The notes: generated by a model from the sequence alone, not told the origin. Positions 1-13,651 are shown, counted from the stretch's first letter. The stretch: 64,000 nucleotides of DNA from an uncultured Rivularia sp. (GCA_963665115.1 OY762007.1:6016001-6080000); one strand, 5' to 3'. Numbers and translations: made by a program.

Positions 1-2926
1 GTCTGGTTTACTTTTCATAGCTTGCGTCCAAACACCATTGAAATAAGCCAAACCATTGCGAAATAATTCTTCGGATTTGATAACTGCTTCAACATCTTGC
101 TTGGTTAGTTTTTTTCGCTTTATCATTCCTTTTTCAAAAACTTGTCTATTGAAGCGCGTTACTAATGCCGAACAAATTAATTGGACTAAAAAAGGTTGAC
201 AATTAGTAAGATAAATAATCTCGTTTACTGCTTCTGGTGTATATTCAACAGGTATGGCATTTTCTATTAGTTGACGTGCTGCATTTGGGGAAATAAAACT
301 TACTAAAATTGGTTGAACGCTATCAAAGAAAGGATTCCAGTAATTGCGATTCATTTCCTCTAGAGTATGCAATCCAGCAAATGCCATAATAAACCATTCG
401 TAAGTGTAAAAAATACCGCGCCAAAATCCGATTAATTGAGATTGCAGCTTGTTGGCTTCCAGCATTTCCTCAATTATTTCAAACTCATCTATAGTAATGA
501 TAAATTTTCGTCCGTCGCGTACTTTATCAACTTGATTAAGAAAACGCTTGAAAGCATTATAGGGATTATGCGAGGTGAAATTTTCTTCTTGTGGTTTATT
601 TAATTTGGAAGATAATTCTTCTAAGCTGTAGTAGATTTCTTCAGCAAGTAAAAAAAGTAATTCTCCGGTGTTACTAACATCTCCCACCAATTGCATATTG
701 AAATCTACAAAGATTGTTTTTGATAAAAACTCAGTTGGTATTGAATGAAAATAATTTCCTAAGTTTTGCAAGATAGAAGATTTACCCATGCGTCGATGCC
801 CGTAAAGAACTATCGAAGAACATTGTCCCTGGTTTATCCCAAATTTCTTTTAGCCTTTGCATGATATCTTCACGTCCCACAAACAGTTCTCCTGTCACTG
901 GATTACCTACTACATAAGGATTAGGAATAGGGTTGTAGAGTTCACCTCGTCCCGCTTTACCAGCTTCTTCGCTTACGAGATTGCGCCACTGTTTGTTAAT
1001 GCGATTGAGAATATGTTTTTCTGGGACTAAGATTTCATGCTTAATGTATAATTCTAAGTTATTGATGTTTTCAAGAGCGCGAAGAAGTGCAGCTTGTTTA
1101 TTAGACCAAATAATTGCATTAAAATATTTATAAATATCTTTTTTGATTGCTTGTAAGCGATTTAAAGCAATAATTACCTCTGGTCTAATTGCATTTTCAG
1201 TAGAACTATCTTCTAAAGTTTCATCATATAAAGCTAACTGATTAATTTCTCTATAAGATAAGAACTTTGCCATTACTGAAAATGAATGCTCAATTTCATA
1301 TCCACCAGAATAGTCAGTTAAATTAGCATAAATATGACGATAACTAGATAAATCAAAATCTTCACTATTAATAGCTTTGCGATTCAATAGCTCGTGAAGC
1401 ATTCCTGCAAAATTAGTAATTGGTGTTTTTTGATGGTTACGCAGGTAAAAAGTTAAACGATAAATTAAACGCTCTATCAAAGAGCTAGTTAAATCTAAAG
1501 TACAATCTATTCTTGTTCCATTAAGTTCGCTAAGTAAGAGATTTTTAACCGTTGGTAGTTGCTTCCAATCTTCTTTGCTTACAGGTGCTGCAACATATGC
1601 ATTTCCAATCTCCATTGTCAATATAGTATACAAGCAGTGTAGGGGGGATACGTGTTTGTGGATGTAGGATTTAAGAGCTTGTTGTGCAATCCAAGCTTGA
1701 AAGGGATTGCAAGCTAAATTAGCTATCAAACGCAGCCCCTGAGCTTCATTCAGTTTTAATTGCTTGACAATATTACTTCGGGTACCGGGTAATGGAAAGA
1801 TTAATAATTCATCCCATTGCGAAGGATGATTTGCTTGTTTTAACCAGCCGTAGAGTGCGATCGCGCATTCAATTAAGTAAAAGTGAATGCGTAATGCAAA
1901 AACACTACCTATTGTTATAGTCAACAACCCTATACTCGAACTATCTTGCTGCAATCGTGCGGCTATACCAAGCAATACACATATTATTAATCCATCAACT
2001 ACACCTCTAGCATTACTAACTGCTGCACCAACTGTTCCGCTAGCAGCTATCCCAACCGCTAAATTAAATAGTAGAACGGTTTGTTGTATATCTCCATTGC
2101 TAGATAGTAAATTGAAAATGATACTTATTATAAATCCAGTAATTACACCAATTATTATACCGACAGCAATTCCAGCAATTCCTCCAATAGCTATACTGAC
2201 TATTATGCCAACTATCAAACTAGATATAATCAAAAAATGATTGCTGGTAATAGTTGTTGATAAAACAGCAATTTCTTTGTGCAATAAGCCATAAGAAAAA
2301 AAAGATATTATACCGACTAATCCACTAAGAATAATTCCCTTAAATAAACTTTTTTGAATGCTAACCCAAATGCCAACTATAACAGCAACTACTCCACTAA
2401 TTAATAAGGCATTTTCTGTACTAATAAATTGAAACTTTTCGTCCAAGCCTACAACCACACCGAATGATGCACCTAATATCACGCTATTCGACATCCCAAC
2501 CACTATACTTGCAGCCATGCATCTGGCGATATTAACTAGCAAGCCATAAAGAACGAAAAAAATGGAGAACATTATTGCACCTAATACTACACCAGTCGTG
2601 CTGCCAGATGCCCATCCCAACCAATTAATATTTTCAGAAGTAATCCAAGAGATTATTATTAATACTGGAAGATTGAGAATAACTGATATAAGAAGACTCG
2701 CACCCGTCATTGTAAAACAAAGGTTACGGTAATCAGCTTTGTGCAGAAGGCGAAGAAACTTTAATCCAGAATTCGCATGATAAAATTCATTATCAATTTG
2801 ATAGAGGTAGTATTTGAGTGTAGTTGGACGAAAATAAACCCAGTAAGCTAATAATAGATAATGCCGTAAGCTTAATAGATTAAAATCTTCGGGTAAGTCA
2901 CTAAAATAATAGGGAAAATGAGGCAT
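1..2926 (-). CDS. Multi-TM membrane protein with C-terminal AAA/STAND-type P-loop ATPase; frameshift at ~828; runs off the window start
   Basis: ORF 782..2926 has many hydrophobic helices, then NPYVVGNPV..FVGREDI. Removing one C at 827-829 continues the frame as ..SIVLYGHRRMGKSSIL (Walker A) and later IITIDEFE (Walker B) down to position 1. Confidence 0.8.
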
Positions 2927-2928
2927 TA

Positions 2929-3918
2929 CTATTGTTCATTGTTTTGAGCTAAATAATTGTATAAAGATGCTGCTTCTTCCTGTAATCTAGCCGGGTGACA
3001 CTTACTTTTATTCAATAATTCTTTAATTTGGCTTTCGGTAAATTTAATTTTATTACCTTGCAAACGGTGAATTAAAAAATCACGAGCATCTTTTTTTGAA
3101 AAAGCTTTTACCTCCATTTCTTTAAAAATATTATAAATAGGTGATGGTTTGTTTTCAGAATCAGGAAACAATTGACTTAAAGAAGAACGACTGGCTGTAA
3201 CTAAAGTCAATGGTGCATTATCGGCACCAGCCAAACCTCGTAATAAGCGTAATGCGTAATTAGAAAATTCGGTAAATACCTCAAATTCATCTAAACATAA
3301 AATATAGCTTTTACCATCTAACTTTCTTCTTAAGTCAAAACCAGAAGTATCATTAATATCTATTTTTAGATTCAGTTTATTACACAATGTTTGATAGAAA
3401 AACTTATCATCTGGAAATAACTGTAAATCTAAATAAATGAAATTTTGTTTTTTTGAACCTAAAACACGGTGTTTTCCTAAATTACAAATTTTATATAAAA
3501 TTGATGATTTACCAATTTCTGATTCACCGACAAGTGAAATACTTCTACCAAAACTGATTTCTTCAAACAAATTATTTAATAACTCTTTACGGTTAAAGAA
3601 ACGATTTCCATTTTCAATACAACCGACATCACCAAATGGCGGTAAATCATAATTTTTCAGTATTAGTGATGTAATGTTATCTCTTTTTGTAGTGCTATTT
3701 TCCCAGTCAACAAGCTTTTTCCAATCTAAGCCTAGAGCCTCATTACAAATGTTTTGAAAATTTTCTACACTAATTATTTCTTGTCGCCAAAATCTTTTTA
3801 GTGTTGTTTCTCCAACATTAGCTTTATTGTATAAATAACTAGAATATTTTGTCCATCCTTGGCTTCTTCTTTTGTTATCAGCAATTTCTATACCTGCTGT
3901 AGATGCTTTCAAACCCAT
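2929..3918 (-). CDS. N-terminal HTH-like domain plus AAA/STAND-like ATPase
   Basis: N-terminus has ANVGETTLKRFW..ENFQNICNEALGLDW, typical of cyanobacterial NACHT/AAA proteins. Walker A GESEIGKS, Walker B LCLDEFE. Confidence 0.8.
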   Translation of the reverse strand: MGLKASTAGIEIADNKRRSQGWTKYSSYLYNKANVGETTLKRFWRQEIISVENFQNICNEALGLDWKKLVDWENSTTKRDNITSLILKNYDLPPFGDVGCIENGNRFFNRKELLNNLFEEISFGRSISLVGESEIGKSSILYKICNLGKHRVLGSKKQNFIYLDLQLFPDDKFFYQTLCNKLNLKIDINDTSGFDLRRKLDGKSYILCLDEFEVFTEFSNYALRLLRGLAGADNAPLTLVTASRSSLSQLFPDSENKPSPIYNIFKEMEVKAFSKKDARDFLIHRLQGNKIKFTESQIKELLNKSKCHPARLQEEAASLYNYLAQNNEQ

Positions 3919-4262
3919 GATAATTAATCCATATCTTATTGACTATCTATATTTTTGTATGAAGCCATGTTAGAAAGGGAGAACGATACATTTAGTAATT
4001 AAAGTTATTTATAAGTTAAAAATAGAAAACCTTTTTAAAATAATTTTATTTTTCTTTATCTAGTAAAAGGTTTTCAGTCGTGCCTCAGATTGTGGTTAGC
4101 ATTTGCTATGTAAATTAATTTCTTAAGAATATCATAAGATAATTGATAACCTTTATTTAAACCAATCATAACGTTTCTTGTCCATACAACTTTTGTAACT
4201 AATCTAAATGTTAAACGAATCATTGTATGTTATTAGCTCTGCTTTATATCAGTAGAAACAGT

Positions 4263-4297
4263 GGTGAACCATTAGTGGACTAATAAGGTGAACCATT
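4263..4297. promoter_or_regulatory. Direct repeats GGTGAACCATT (4263, 4287) with a degenerate middle copy; putative operator
   Basis: Exact 11-bp repeat 24 bp apart, with AGTGGACTAAT in between, in the divergent intergenic region. Confidence 0.4.
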
Positions 4298-4418
4298 TTG
4301 TTTTTCATAATGTGTAATTCTGGTAAACGGTTGATGCAAATTATGCGAATATTGACCGTATATAAGGATTTAATACGCCGTAACTGTCTAATAATTAATT
4401 ATTCAAAGGTTCAAGCCT

Positions 4419-7400
4419 ATGTTGTTAAAAGATAAATTTTGCCCAATTGCTAGATTTGAAAATCTCAACGAAGACTCTCAATCTGTTTTAGAGGAAGCGA
4501 TTGTCAACGCACAAAGTTATTTAAGTAAATTTGCAGGAAGTAACGTTTTCTTGCAAAAGATAACCGATGTTTTTGGTAGTAGCTTTGATGCTGATAAATT
4601 AAGTTATTTCCGTCAAAGTTGGCTAAATGGTGATTTTGAAACGCTTCCAGAAATTGAAGTTCGCTCCCAGGAAGATTTGGGTGGTGCTAATGGAGCGTTT
4701 GCTGCATCTACTAATAAGATTTATTTGGCTAAGGAGTATATTGCACAGAATAGTTTTAATTCTGGAGCAACAGTTGATGTATTTTTAGAGGAAATTGGTC
4801 ATTTTGTTGATGCTAATATAAATCAAATTGATACTGTTGGTGATGAAGGGGAGATTTTTTCTGCATTAGTTCAAGGTGTAAAGCTAAATGAAGCAACACT
4901 TAAATTATTGAAAGCAGATAATGATATTAACGTAGTCAATTTAGATAATCAAAAAATAAAAATTGAACAAGATACTGATAATGGTTCTACTACGGATGAT
5001 ACGAATTCAAATCCTAATGATTCCATATCTACACTTATTGACGATAAATCGATAGATAAAATTAAGGAATCTTTTTCCGATATTGAACAAAATATTAACA
5101 ATCAGATATTTCCTAATAGTATTCCTCTAATTGGAGATATTTTCAATGATGATAACAATCCATTGAACTTTATTAAAGAAATTCAAGAAGCTATCCTTAA
5201 TAATGTTAATCAGCTTAAAGAACTTAATCAATTAGGAACAGATGCTGGTGTAGAAGAAATTCAGCAAGCTCTTCAGAAAGCTCTTACTGATGCATTAGGT
5301 ACAGATGGACTTAATATTCTTAAAGAAATTAATAGAGTTACTAGTAACCTTGATGAAGATGAAATTAAATTTAGTCTAAAACTAAGCGATGAAAAATCTA
5401 TTGAGGATAGACCCTCTTGCAGTAGATATAGGTGTACCTTTCTTAGGGCTTAAGGTTGGAGAAGGTAAAGAAAGTCAACTTAAAGTTGGTTTGAATTATG
5501 ATTTCAATTTTACCTTTGGTATCAATAAAACGACGGGAGAATTTATATTTGAAACTCCAGATGAGGAAGACTTAAAAGTTAATTTAGAAGCATCAATTCC
5601 TGATTTAGAATTTGAAGGTCAATTAGGATTCCTTAACGTTATCGCAGCAGATGAAGATGCAGACGAAAATCCTGACAACGATAGTCAAGATGTAGATGGA
5701 GATGGCACAGAACCGAGCAGTATAAAACTTGGCTTTTCTGCCGATTTAGAAAATGGAAAGCCAATTGATATAAAGCCTATAGAAGATGTAGTTAACATTA
5801 ACCTGGAATTAGCAACTAATATTGCCGCTCAAGAAACATTACCATCGCTTAGTACAGATTTAAATTTAAAGTGGAATGGTTTTTTAGATAAAGCAAATCC
5901 AGAGCTTTCTTTCAATAATGTGCAAATTGATTTGGGTTCATTTGCTAGTACTTTGACGGGTCCTGTTTTTAAAGCAATAAATAAAGTAGCTGCACCTATT
6001 ACAGAAGTGACCGATCTGATTACTAAAGAATTATCTATAATTCAAACTTCGCTTCTTGATTTTGCGAGTGGAATACAGTCAGCAGAAATAGATCCAAATA
6101 CAAAGGATTTTATCGAAGCTCTTAACCAATTTATTGAATTAGCTGAACTGGGTGAAAAGTTTGAAGGTAATGGTAGGATTAATCTGGGTGGTTTTAAGGT
6201 AGATGGCATTAACGTTGGTAGTAGTAAAGATTTAAGTAATACGGAAATTGGCGAACTTACAAAAACAAATAAGACTCCTTCAAATCAAGTTTCGGAAATA
6301 ACCAGCGAATTTAAAACAGTTATCGAAAGTCCTAAAATAAGTATTCCTCTATTAGAAAATCCTGAGCAAGAAGTATTTAACTTACTTCTAAATAAAGATG
6401 AAGATGAAGAAAAAGATCAAGATAAAAATATTGATCTTTTCGAGCTTAACTTAGGGAAATTAGGATTGGGCTTTAATGAATCAACTCCACCAATTCCAGT
6501 TTTTGGTCCTGTAACTGTGGCAGTAGGAGCGAGTGCAGAAGCTGCTGCAAATCTCAACTTCGGTATAGATACGGGTGGTTTGTATCTTTCTTCAAAAGTT
6601 CCAGAAGATAGTGATAAAGAAGGAGTACTTCCACCAGATAAGTCTTTTGTTGCAGGTGCGGGAGCAGGAATTACAGCAATTGCAGAAATAAATCTGGGTT
6701 TTGCTAGCGGGGGTCCTTTCGGTGGTATTAACGGCTACCTTCTATTGGATTTGGAAAAAAACAAAACTTACATTTCCAATTTACAAGACCCTGAGTGTAA
6801 ATTTCTACTCAATGGTGGTTTAGATGCAATATTTGGAGTTAGGTTCAAAATAAATTTTTTGTTTTTTAGTTACACAAAGCGAATTACGCTTATTCGAGAA
6901 ACGATAGCTGATTTTAGTACTAGCCCTTGTTATGATTTCAGCAAAGATAAAAATGGGCTTGCAGAAACAGAAGAAGACGGTATTCTTTATTTGAGTGTAG
7001 GCAATAGAGATAATCAACTTAAAGATACCGAAAATATTACGAAACCAGATGATTTTCTTACAGTTGTAAATTCTGGTGGTGTTTCTGGTGATGAAACTTT
7101 AATTGTCAGAGGTTACAGCGCCGCTGATGAATATGAGAATATTAATCAAATTATAGGTATAGCTGGTGAGGGGGATGACGTTATTGAATTGGGTTCTGGT
7201 GTTTTATCACCAGCTTCTCTTGAAGGAGGAAAGGGAGACGACGAACTCCGAGGAGGTAGCGGAAATGACACATTGAAGGGAGACGGAGGTGCGGATGGTC
7301 TTCATGGTGGTGTAGGTGATGATGAATTGTACGGTGGTAAAGGTGAAGACTTCCTCTCTGGAGAAAAAGGTAATGATACTCTTGATGGTGGTGAAGATTT

Positions 7401-9993
7401 TGACTCCGTAAGTTATGCTGAAGCCCCAGGTGCAATAAACTTTAATCTTTCAAGTGGTGATTTAGTTGTAGGAGATGATGGATACGGTGGTAAAGATACG
7501 CTTATTGACATTGAACAAATTGAAGGTTCAAAGCACAATGACATAATTACTGGTAAAGATATAGAAAATTCTGGGGATATTCCTGGAGATATACTAGATG
7601 GGTTAGAAGGAGATGATACTCTTGTAGGTTTAAAAGGAGACGACCTGTTAATTGGAGGTGCAGGTGCTGATAGGTTAGATGGTGGAGAAGGCAACGACGC
7701 TGTTAGCTATCTTGATTCCACAGCCCCTGTAAATATAAATTTGGAAACAGGAGGGAAAGTTGAAAGCCCTGGTAGCGACGCAGATGGTGATGTACTAATT
7801 AAGATTGAAAGTATCCAAGCTACCGCATATGACGATATTTTGATTGGTAATGATTTAGATAATATATTTTTCAGTTCTGAAGGTGATGATACCTTAAGCG
7901 GAGGGGCTGGTAATGACACCTTAAGCGGAGGTGGAGTCCGAGATTTTTCACCAAACCCAAATCTATCACCAGGAGAAGATTTATTATCTTATAGAACTTC
8001 GCCTAATGGAGTGGAAGTAAGTCTTAAAAATGGTAAAGCAGAAAATGATGGTTATGGAAATAAGGATACGTTAGAAAAAGCATTTGAGAAACGACCTGGA
8101 AAAGAATTTAATGAGGATGGTACACCCAACTCAGAATATAGCTCATTTGAAAATCTAGAAGGTTCTGAATACAGCGATATTCTGCTTGAAGGTGATGTCG
8201 GGAATAACAAAATCGAAGGCTTAAACGGCGATGATATTCTCAAAGGCGACCAAGGTGACGATACCTTAATTGGTGGTGCGGGTGCTGATAACTTAGACGG
8301 TGGTGGTGGTTTTGACTGGGCTGACTATAGTGAATCACTGGAAGCTGTAATCGTAAACCTTGATGAGAATTTTGGTGAAGGTGGTCACGCTCTTGGGGAT
8401 ACTTTTGAAAAGAAAGGTGATATTTCAACAGTTGAGAACTTACTCGGCTCCGATTTTGCAGATAATTTAGTTGCAGATAACGGGGATAACAATATTAATC
8501 CCGGATTGGGGAATGGTACTGATGAAATTGATGGACTTGACGGGAGCGATCGCCTTATTATCGACTACTCCCGCGATGATGTCGGTACGGGAGTTAGAGG
8601 TGGTTATAATTTGGGTTCTGCTGCAAGTGGTTTCCTTTCCCGCAACATCAATGATAATACCCGTATAAAAGATGCCGTTTCCTTTAAAGATATCGAAGAA
8701 ATTAAAATTATCGGCACAATTAAAAATGATGAAATATACGGTGGTGCAGGCGACGACGTTATTTTAACAGGTGCCGGAAATGACATCATATATGGTGGTA
8801 AAGGAAGAAATAATATTCGAGCTGGTGATGGGGATGATGTAGTTGTCGATCAAACAAATTTTTCACGTCAGTTAGGCGGTTTTGATATTATTAGTAATAA
8901 TAATTCTATCTTATTAGATGGAGGCAGAGGAATTGATACTCTTTCTGTTGATTTATCTAATAATTCTGATGAAATTATTCTTGAAAGCACTAATACCTTA
9001 GTAGAAAATCCCAATCAATTACTTTCTTTATCTGACGGTTCCGCAATTTCTAATTTTGAAATATTTAAAGATATTAGAACAGGTGGTGGTAACGATATAC
9101 TTACTCAACTTGGCAGAATAGATAACGAATTTAATTCTGGTTTAGGTTCAGACATTATCAATCCAGGCTTAGGTTTCGATAAAGTCGATGGAGGTAATAG
9201 CAATTTTACTATTCCTTTAGCAAGTTCATTTCTTTCAAATAATAACTTCAGCAGCGATTTACTAATTTTAGATTATTCCATCGAAGATACAGGTACTGGC
9301 GTACATTTTTTCAAAGATATTCCCAATGCAGAAAGTATTGAAAAACGGGAAGATTCTAATATTGATTTAGATAATAATACACTTCCTGCTCTTGCCAAAG
9401 AGAATGGCTCATCTGGTGGTTTTTATGCTAGAGCGACAGCAGATAACACAGATATTTTAGACCAAGTTGAATTTAGCAATTTTGAACGCTTCAATATTAC
9501 TGGAACTAGTAAAAGTGACAGTATGCTTGGAGGAGATAAGGATGATGTTTTAATTGGTAATGATGGCGATGACATCCTAATTGGCAATTATGGTAGCGAT
9601 GTTTTAGAAGGTGGAAATGGGGATGATATTCTTGTTGATACAAGAAAAAAAGATATAAATAAGTCATATGAAGAAATTGATACTCTAACGGGTGGAGCAG
9701 GAGCAGATCAGTTTTGGTTAGGAAACAATTGGCTTGGTTATAGGAATGATTACGATTTTTCATTAGAAGATAACAAATATACAGTTATAACTGATTTCAA
9801 CCCAGATGAAGGGGATGTGATTCATTTGTATAGTTGTGGCGACAACAATGATTATACGGTAGATTCATCATTTATCTATCTATACGAAAATCGTGTTGCT
9901 AAAATTGAGGGCGTTACTGACTTAAATTTGAAGGAAGATTATTTTAATTTCGTTTATTCTGAAGATACTAAATGTCCAACGATATTAGAATAA
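4419..9993 (+). CDS. Giant RTX/hemolysin-type Ca-binding repeat surface protein (~1850 aa); frameshift at ~5405
   Basis: ORFs 4419..5453 and 5389..9993 join if one G is removed. Many GGxGxDxL nonapeptides. The N-terminal LEEIGH domain is common in cyanobacterial exoproteins. C-terminal DTLTGGAGADQF..ITDFNP T1SS-type tail. Confidence 0.85.
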
Positions 9994-10139
9994 TTTTCAA
10001 ATCATAATTGGTGAGTAAGGGAACATATTAATTTGGTAAATAATATTTTACTCACCTAATTAATAGCAATTTTATAACTAGTATCAATCGGTAGAGATAT
10101 CGCTTTCTTCAACAAAACATAAAATACAAGAGTAAAATC

Positions 10140-12527
10140 ATGGCATTTGAAGTCAAACAAAATAATATTGCTAACGACTTACTAGAAAGCCTTTTAGGTA
10201 ACACTTCTGGATTAAGTAACCCTAAAATCAAATTAACAGGAGATGCTAGAGCTTTTGGTACATTTCAAGAAGACCCTTTTGGTTTAGATTCTGGAGTAGT
10301 TTTAAGTACCGGAAATGTAGAAGAATTGCCCAGTAAAAATACATCTGATGGTGGATTTTCTCCAGGTGTCAGCGTTCCTCTTGAATTTAAAAAATTACCA
10401 GGTCAAGTTGGTAGCACTGGAGTTTTTGTTGCAGAACTCTCGGATATTGATTTTGATATAAATTCCATCACTTTTGCTGACAGTGGTAGCGGAATCGGTG
10501 GTCTTGAAGGACGTTGGAGTGGTTTTGATTTAGATGCTATCGTCATCAGCGATAAGTTAATTAATTTAGCCACAGAGGCAGAGGTTGATTCTTTAACAGC
10601 TTTAAATGTATTTGATTTTAGTCCTGCAAAAACTACATTTGAAGCCGGAAGCCAGCGTCCACCAAGCGACCCACAGCTTAATGGTACGATAAATAGCAAT
10701 TTTATTAATAACCAATTTGCAACCTTAGAAAGTTTTGATTCAACCGATCGTTTCAGGGGAGTAACTTTAGGTGATGGAGGAAAGATTGGATTTGATTTAA
10801 AAAAAAGTATTTCCCAATCAGAGCGTCCGCTTTACCTATATGTTGGAGAACATTCCAATACGGGTGAAAGCCCAGGTGGTGAAATCACCGTTTCCAACCG
10901 ACCTATTAATGGTTTTAGCGACCTCAACACAGATTTCGGTTTACCCGGTATAGAGAATGACTCAATCTCCATCGAGATTGAATTCGATGCAGACGAAACG
11001 GCAGAACAACTATACTTTCAATTTGCCTTTGGTTCTGAAGAATTCGCCGAATACGCAGGTCTATTCAACGATAATTTCAGCTTGAAATTAAATGGTTTTA
11101 ACTTAGCAAGATTAAACGACGGTTCTGCTGTAACCATTAACAATATTTCTTCTAATCCTTTTGATACCGATAATCCCGATTATATTTACAATCCCGTTGA
11201 TGAAGGAGTAGCCAGTAGCGAAACTAAATTAGACGGATATACAAAGCCATTAACTTTTGTCGGTTCGTTATTAAAAAATGCTAAAAATACCTTAGAAATT
11301 AATATTGAAGATGCACGAGATGGTTTACTTGATTCTGCTGTCTTTATAAAAGGTGGTACATTGGGTACGGTTAAACCTCCTCCCATCAATTTAGATGACG
11401 GTGAAAGTGATAGTAATGACACTCTTCCTATACCTCCTACAGATAGTGATAGCGTTGAAAATACTAACGGTAGTGATAGTAATGATGCTAATACAAATGG
11501 AAGTAGTGATAGTTCTTCCGCTCTTAATCCCACACCAAATGACTTAGTATTTCTTCAAGGTAATGGTTCGGAAACTCAACTTAAATTTACCTTAACAGAA
11601 AGTAATGCTGATTTTGTTAATGAACTAGGGGTTTTCGTCGCTGATAATGATGAAGGAGAAGTCAACGGTATTTCTCCAGGTGACTCTAATTATCTAAAAA
11701 CAGTTCTCGAACAAGGAAAAGTAGTTTTTTCTGCTTTATCTAATAATCAATTTCCCGATTTACGAGTTCCAAGAAACTTAAATTTAGATACTGGAAAATA
11801 TTTAGGTTTTTACTTAGTTCAAAATAGTACTTCAGACCAAGTTTTAAATAATTTAAATACTGAAAAACCAACAGCTAACGTATTTTTTACTACAGAAAAA
11901 GCAAATGCTGATAACTTAGACCATTCACAAATATCCAAACTAAGTGATGATGTTTTAAGTATCGCTTGGGAAGAAATTCACGGTAGTGGCGATACTGATT
12001 TTAACGACATGGTAGTAGAAATAGAAGCAAACAATGAAATACCTGCTATAGGAAATATTTTACAAGGTGCTTTTGAAAAAGAAATAATCGATTTAACTCA
12101 ACAACAAGGAAGCCTGTTAGCAGGAACTTTTAAAGTAGAAAGCGAAGCAGCTTTTGATAATGTAGCAGGTTTATATAAAATAGCAGATGAAAATGGAACA
12201 GTTATTGATAGTTTAACTGGTGAAGCGATTTCTCCTGGTGAATCTGGTTATACTCAAGCCGCACTTCAAAGCAGTATTGTAGAATTTGACCGGAATGAAA
12301 CTGAAACAGTAACTCTTGAAGGAGGAGCGTATTATGCACCATATATATTAGCAGATGGCGAACAAAACGATGCTTATTTCCCATATTTAGAAGCGAATTC
12401 GGATGGTTTAGATCATCTCCGTTTGCTAGGAGACAACACATTTGCTTTTGAAGACTTACCTAATATTGGTGATAGTGATTATAATGACATGATATTTTCT
12501 ATTGATATAGTGACTCTGATGATATAA
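10140..12527 (+). CDS. Secreted/surface protein, choice-of-anchor-L-like N-terminus plus DUF4114-like C-terminal domains
   Basis: GVVLSTG, FGSEEF..FND and DSAVFI motifs; C-terminal WEEIHGSGDTDFNDMV and FEDLPNIGDSDYNDMI. Confidence 0.7.
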   Translation: MAFEVKQNNIANDLLESLLGNTSGLSNPKIKLTGDARAFGTFQEDPFGLDSGVVLSTGNVEELPSKNTSDGGFSPGVSVPLEFKKLPGQVGSTGVFVAELSDIDFDINSITFADSGSGIGGLEGRWSGFDLDAIVISDKLINLATEAEVDSLTALNVFDFSPAKTTFEAGSQRPPSDPQLNGTINSNFINNQFATLESFDSTDRFRGVTLGDGGKIGFDLKKSISQSERPLYLYVGEHSNTGESPGGEITVSNRPINGFSDLNTDFGLPGIENDSISIEIEFDADETAEQLYFQFAFGSEEFAEYAGLFNDNFSLKLNGFNLARLNDGSAVTINNISSNPFDTDNPDYIYNPVDEGVASSETKLDGYTKPLTFVGSLLKNAKNTLEINIEDARDGLLDSAVFIKGGTLGTVKPPPINLDDGESDSNDTLPIPPTDSDSVENTNGSDSNDANTNGSSDSSSALNPTPNDLVFLQGNGSETQLKFTLTESNADFVNELGVFVADNDEGEVNGISPGDSNYLKTVLEQGKVVFSALSNNQFPDLRVPRNLNLDTGKYLGFYLVQNSTSDQVLNNLNTEKPTANVFFTTEKANADNLDHSQISKLSDDVLSIAWEEIHGSGDTDFNDMVVEIEANNEIPAIGNILQGAFEKEIIDLTQQQGSLLAGTFKVESEAAFDNVAGLYKIADENGTVIDSLTGEAISPGESGYTQAALQSSIVEFDRNETETVTLEGGAYYAPYILADGEQNDAYFPYLEANSDGLDHLRLLGDNTFAFEDLPNIGDSDYNDMIFSIDIVTLMI

Positions 12528-12731
12528 CAGTTTTATAAAATTGGTAAAACGCAGTTAACCAGATTTGAATAATTTAAAAAATATAAAATGATGAGTTTGT
12601 AGGCTTACATTGTAGAACATTTCGTTATAAAGCCTTATTTTCCTTCGTTCCACGTTGTGGAATAAATATAACATACCAGATGGGGGTTGCCCGAATAAAA
12701 ACGGCATCATAACGTAAACTCCTGCCATTTG

Positions 12732-13079
12732 TCAGGTGCTTGTATGGAGAAGCTTTGATTCAATAAGAATATTTCGATTTGAATAAGCATACTTAATATT
12801 TAATTCATGAAGAATGGAAAGTAACTGCTCTTCTACAGAAATAACTTTTTTTGGAACTCTCATACCAATATGCTCAAGCATTCTGGGTTTAATTTTAATC
12901 CATTCTATGCTTGTGTAAGGATAAAGGCATTCATCAGACCAATCACCTAAATAACCTACTTCTTCGTCAAATGTCTCAGGATATTCTGGTTGATTAAATA
13001 TTTTCAATTGATAAGCAGGTGTCATAGGCAGCTTGGTTTTTACTGCTTCTATGAATTCTAGCCATTTTTCATGTTTCAT
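12732..13079 (-). CDS. Hypothetical protein (DUF6678-like)
   Basis: 115-aa ORF with GDW...PY.SIEWIKIKP motif. Confidence 0.55.
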   Translation of the reverse strand: MKHEKWLEFIEAVKTKLPMTPAYQLKIFNQPEYPETFDEEVGYLGDWSDECLYPYTSIEWIKIKPRMLEHIGMRVPKKVISVEEQLLSILHELNIKYAYSNRNILIESKLLHTST

Positions 13080-13297
13080 TTTTTATGGTTAGCTAGCTAG
13101 TCGTGAAAATCGTACAAATCCTTCTTACTCAGAAAACTCAGCACGATTAAACCCTTCTCTAAGACAATTTGTAAGCTGCTTATAAAAAGATGCTTGCAAA
13201 ACCGAGAGTTTATTTTTTACAGTATATGCTCTGCGTTCTGGAAAAAGTGGTTATCCAAAAAAAATTGAGTAAATCCTCTTTTCACAAAATATTAATG

Positions 13298-13564
13298 CTA
13301 TCGAGATTTTTGTTTTGTACGTTTTTGATTGCTAGCCAAATTAGCATGATATAAATCAATTGCTCGATGATGAGCAATTGGGTCTTGATGATTATGAAAC
13401 CAATCTTGAATAAGTTCTAAATTATATCGAATACAACGACTGTTCAATTTCACCCAATGGGTTCCTTCAATCCATGTTCCATCTAAACGATATTTTTTCA
13501 GTGTAGAAAAGCTCATGTTTAGAATCTCTGATGCTTGTTGCTTTGTCACAAACTGGAACACCAT
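13298..13564 (-). CDS. Excisionase-like winged-HTH DNA-binding protein
   Basis: 88 aa: FVTKQQASEILNMSFSTLKKYR..WIEGTHW..IRYNLELIQDW; GGAG RBS upstream. Confidence 0.7.
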   Translation of the reverse strand: MVFQFVTKQQASEILNMSFSTLKKYRLDGTWIEGTHWVKLNSRCIRYNLELIQDWFHNHQDPIAHHRAIDLYHANLASNQKRTKQKSR

Positions 13565-13651
13565 AGCTTACTCCCCTAAAATATATTCTTTGCTTTCTTA
13601 TAACCAAAGCATAAGTAGATAATATACTGAGAACTTTAATTTTTATTTATA

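Noticed and set aside
1887..11533. Antisense ORFs such as 1887..2240, 7413..7694 and 11186..11533
   Set aside because: They are shadows of long, motif-bearing genes on the opposite strand.
12600..12680. dif-like or att site at the left element border
   Set aside because: No convincing XerC/XerD arms and no matching copy found at the right border.
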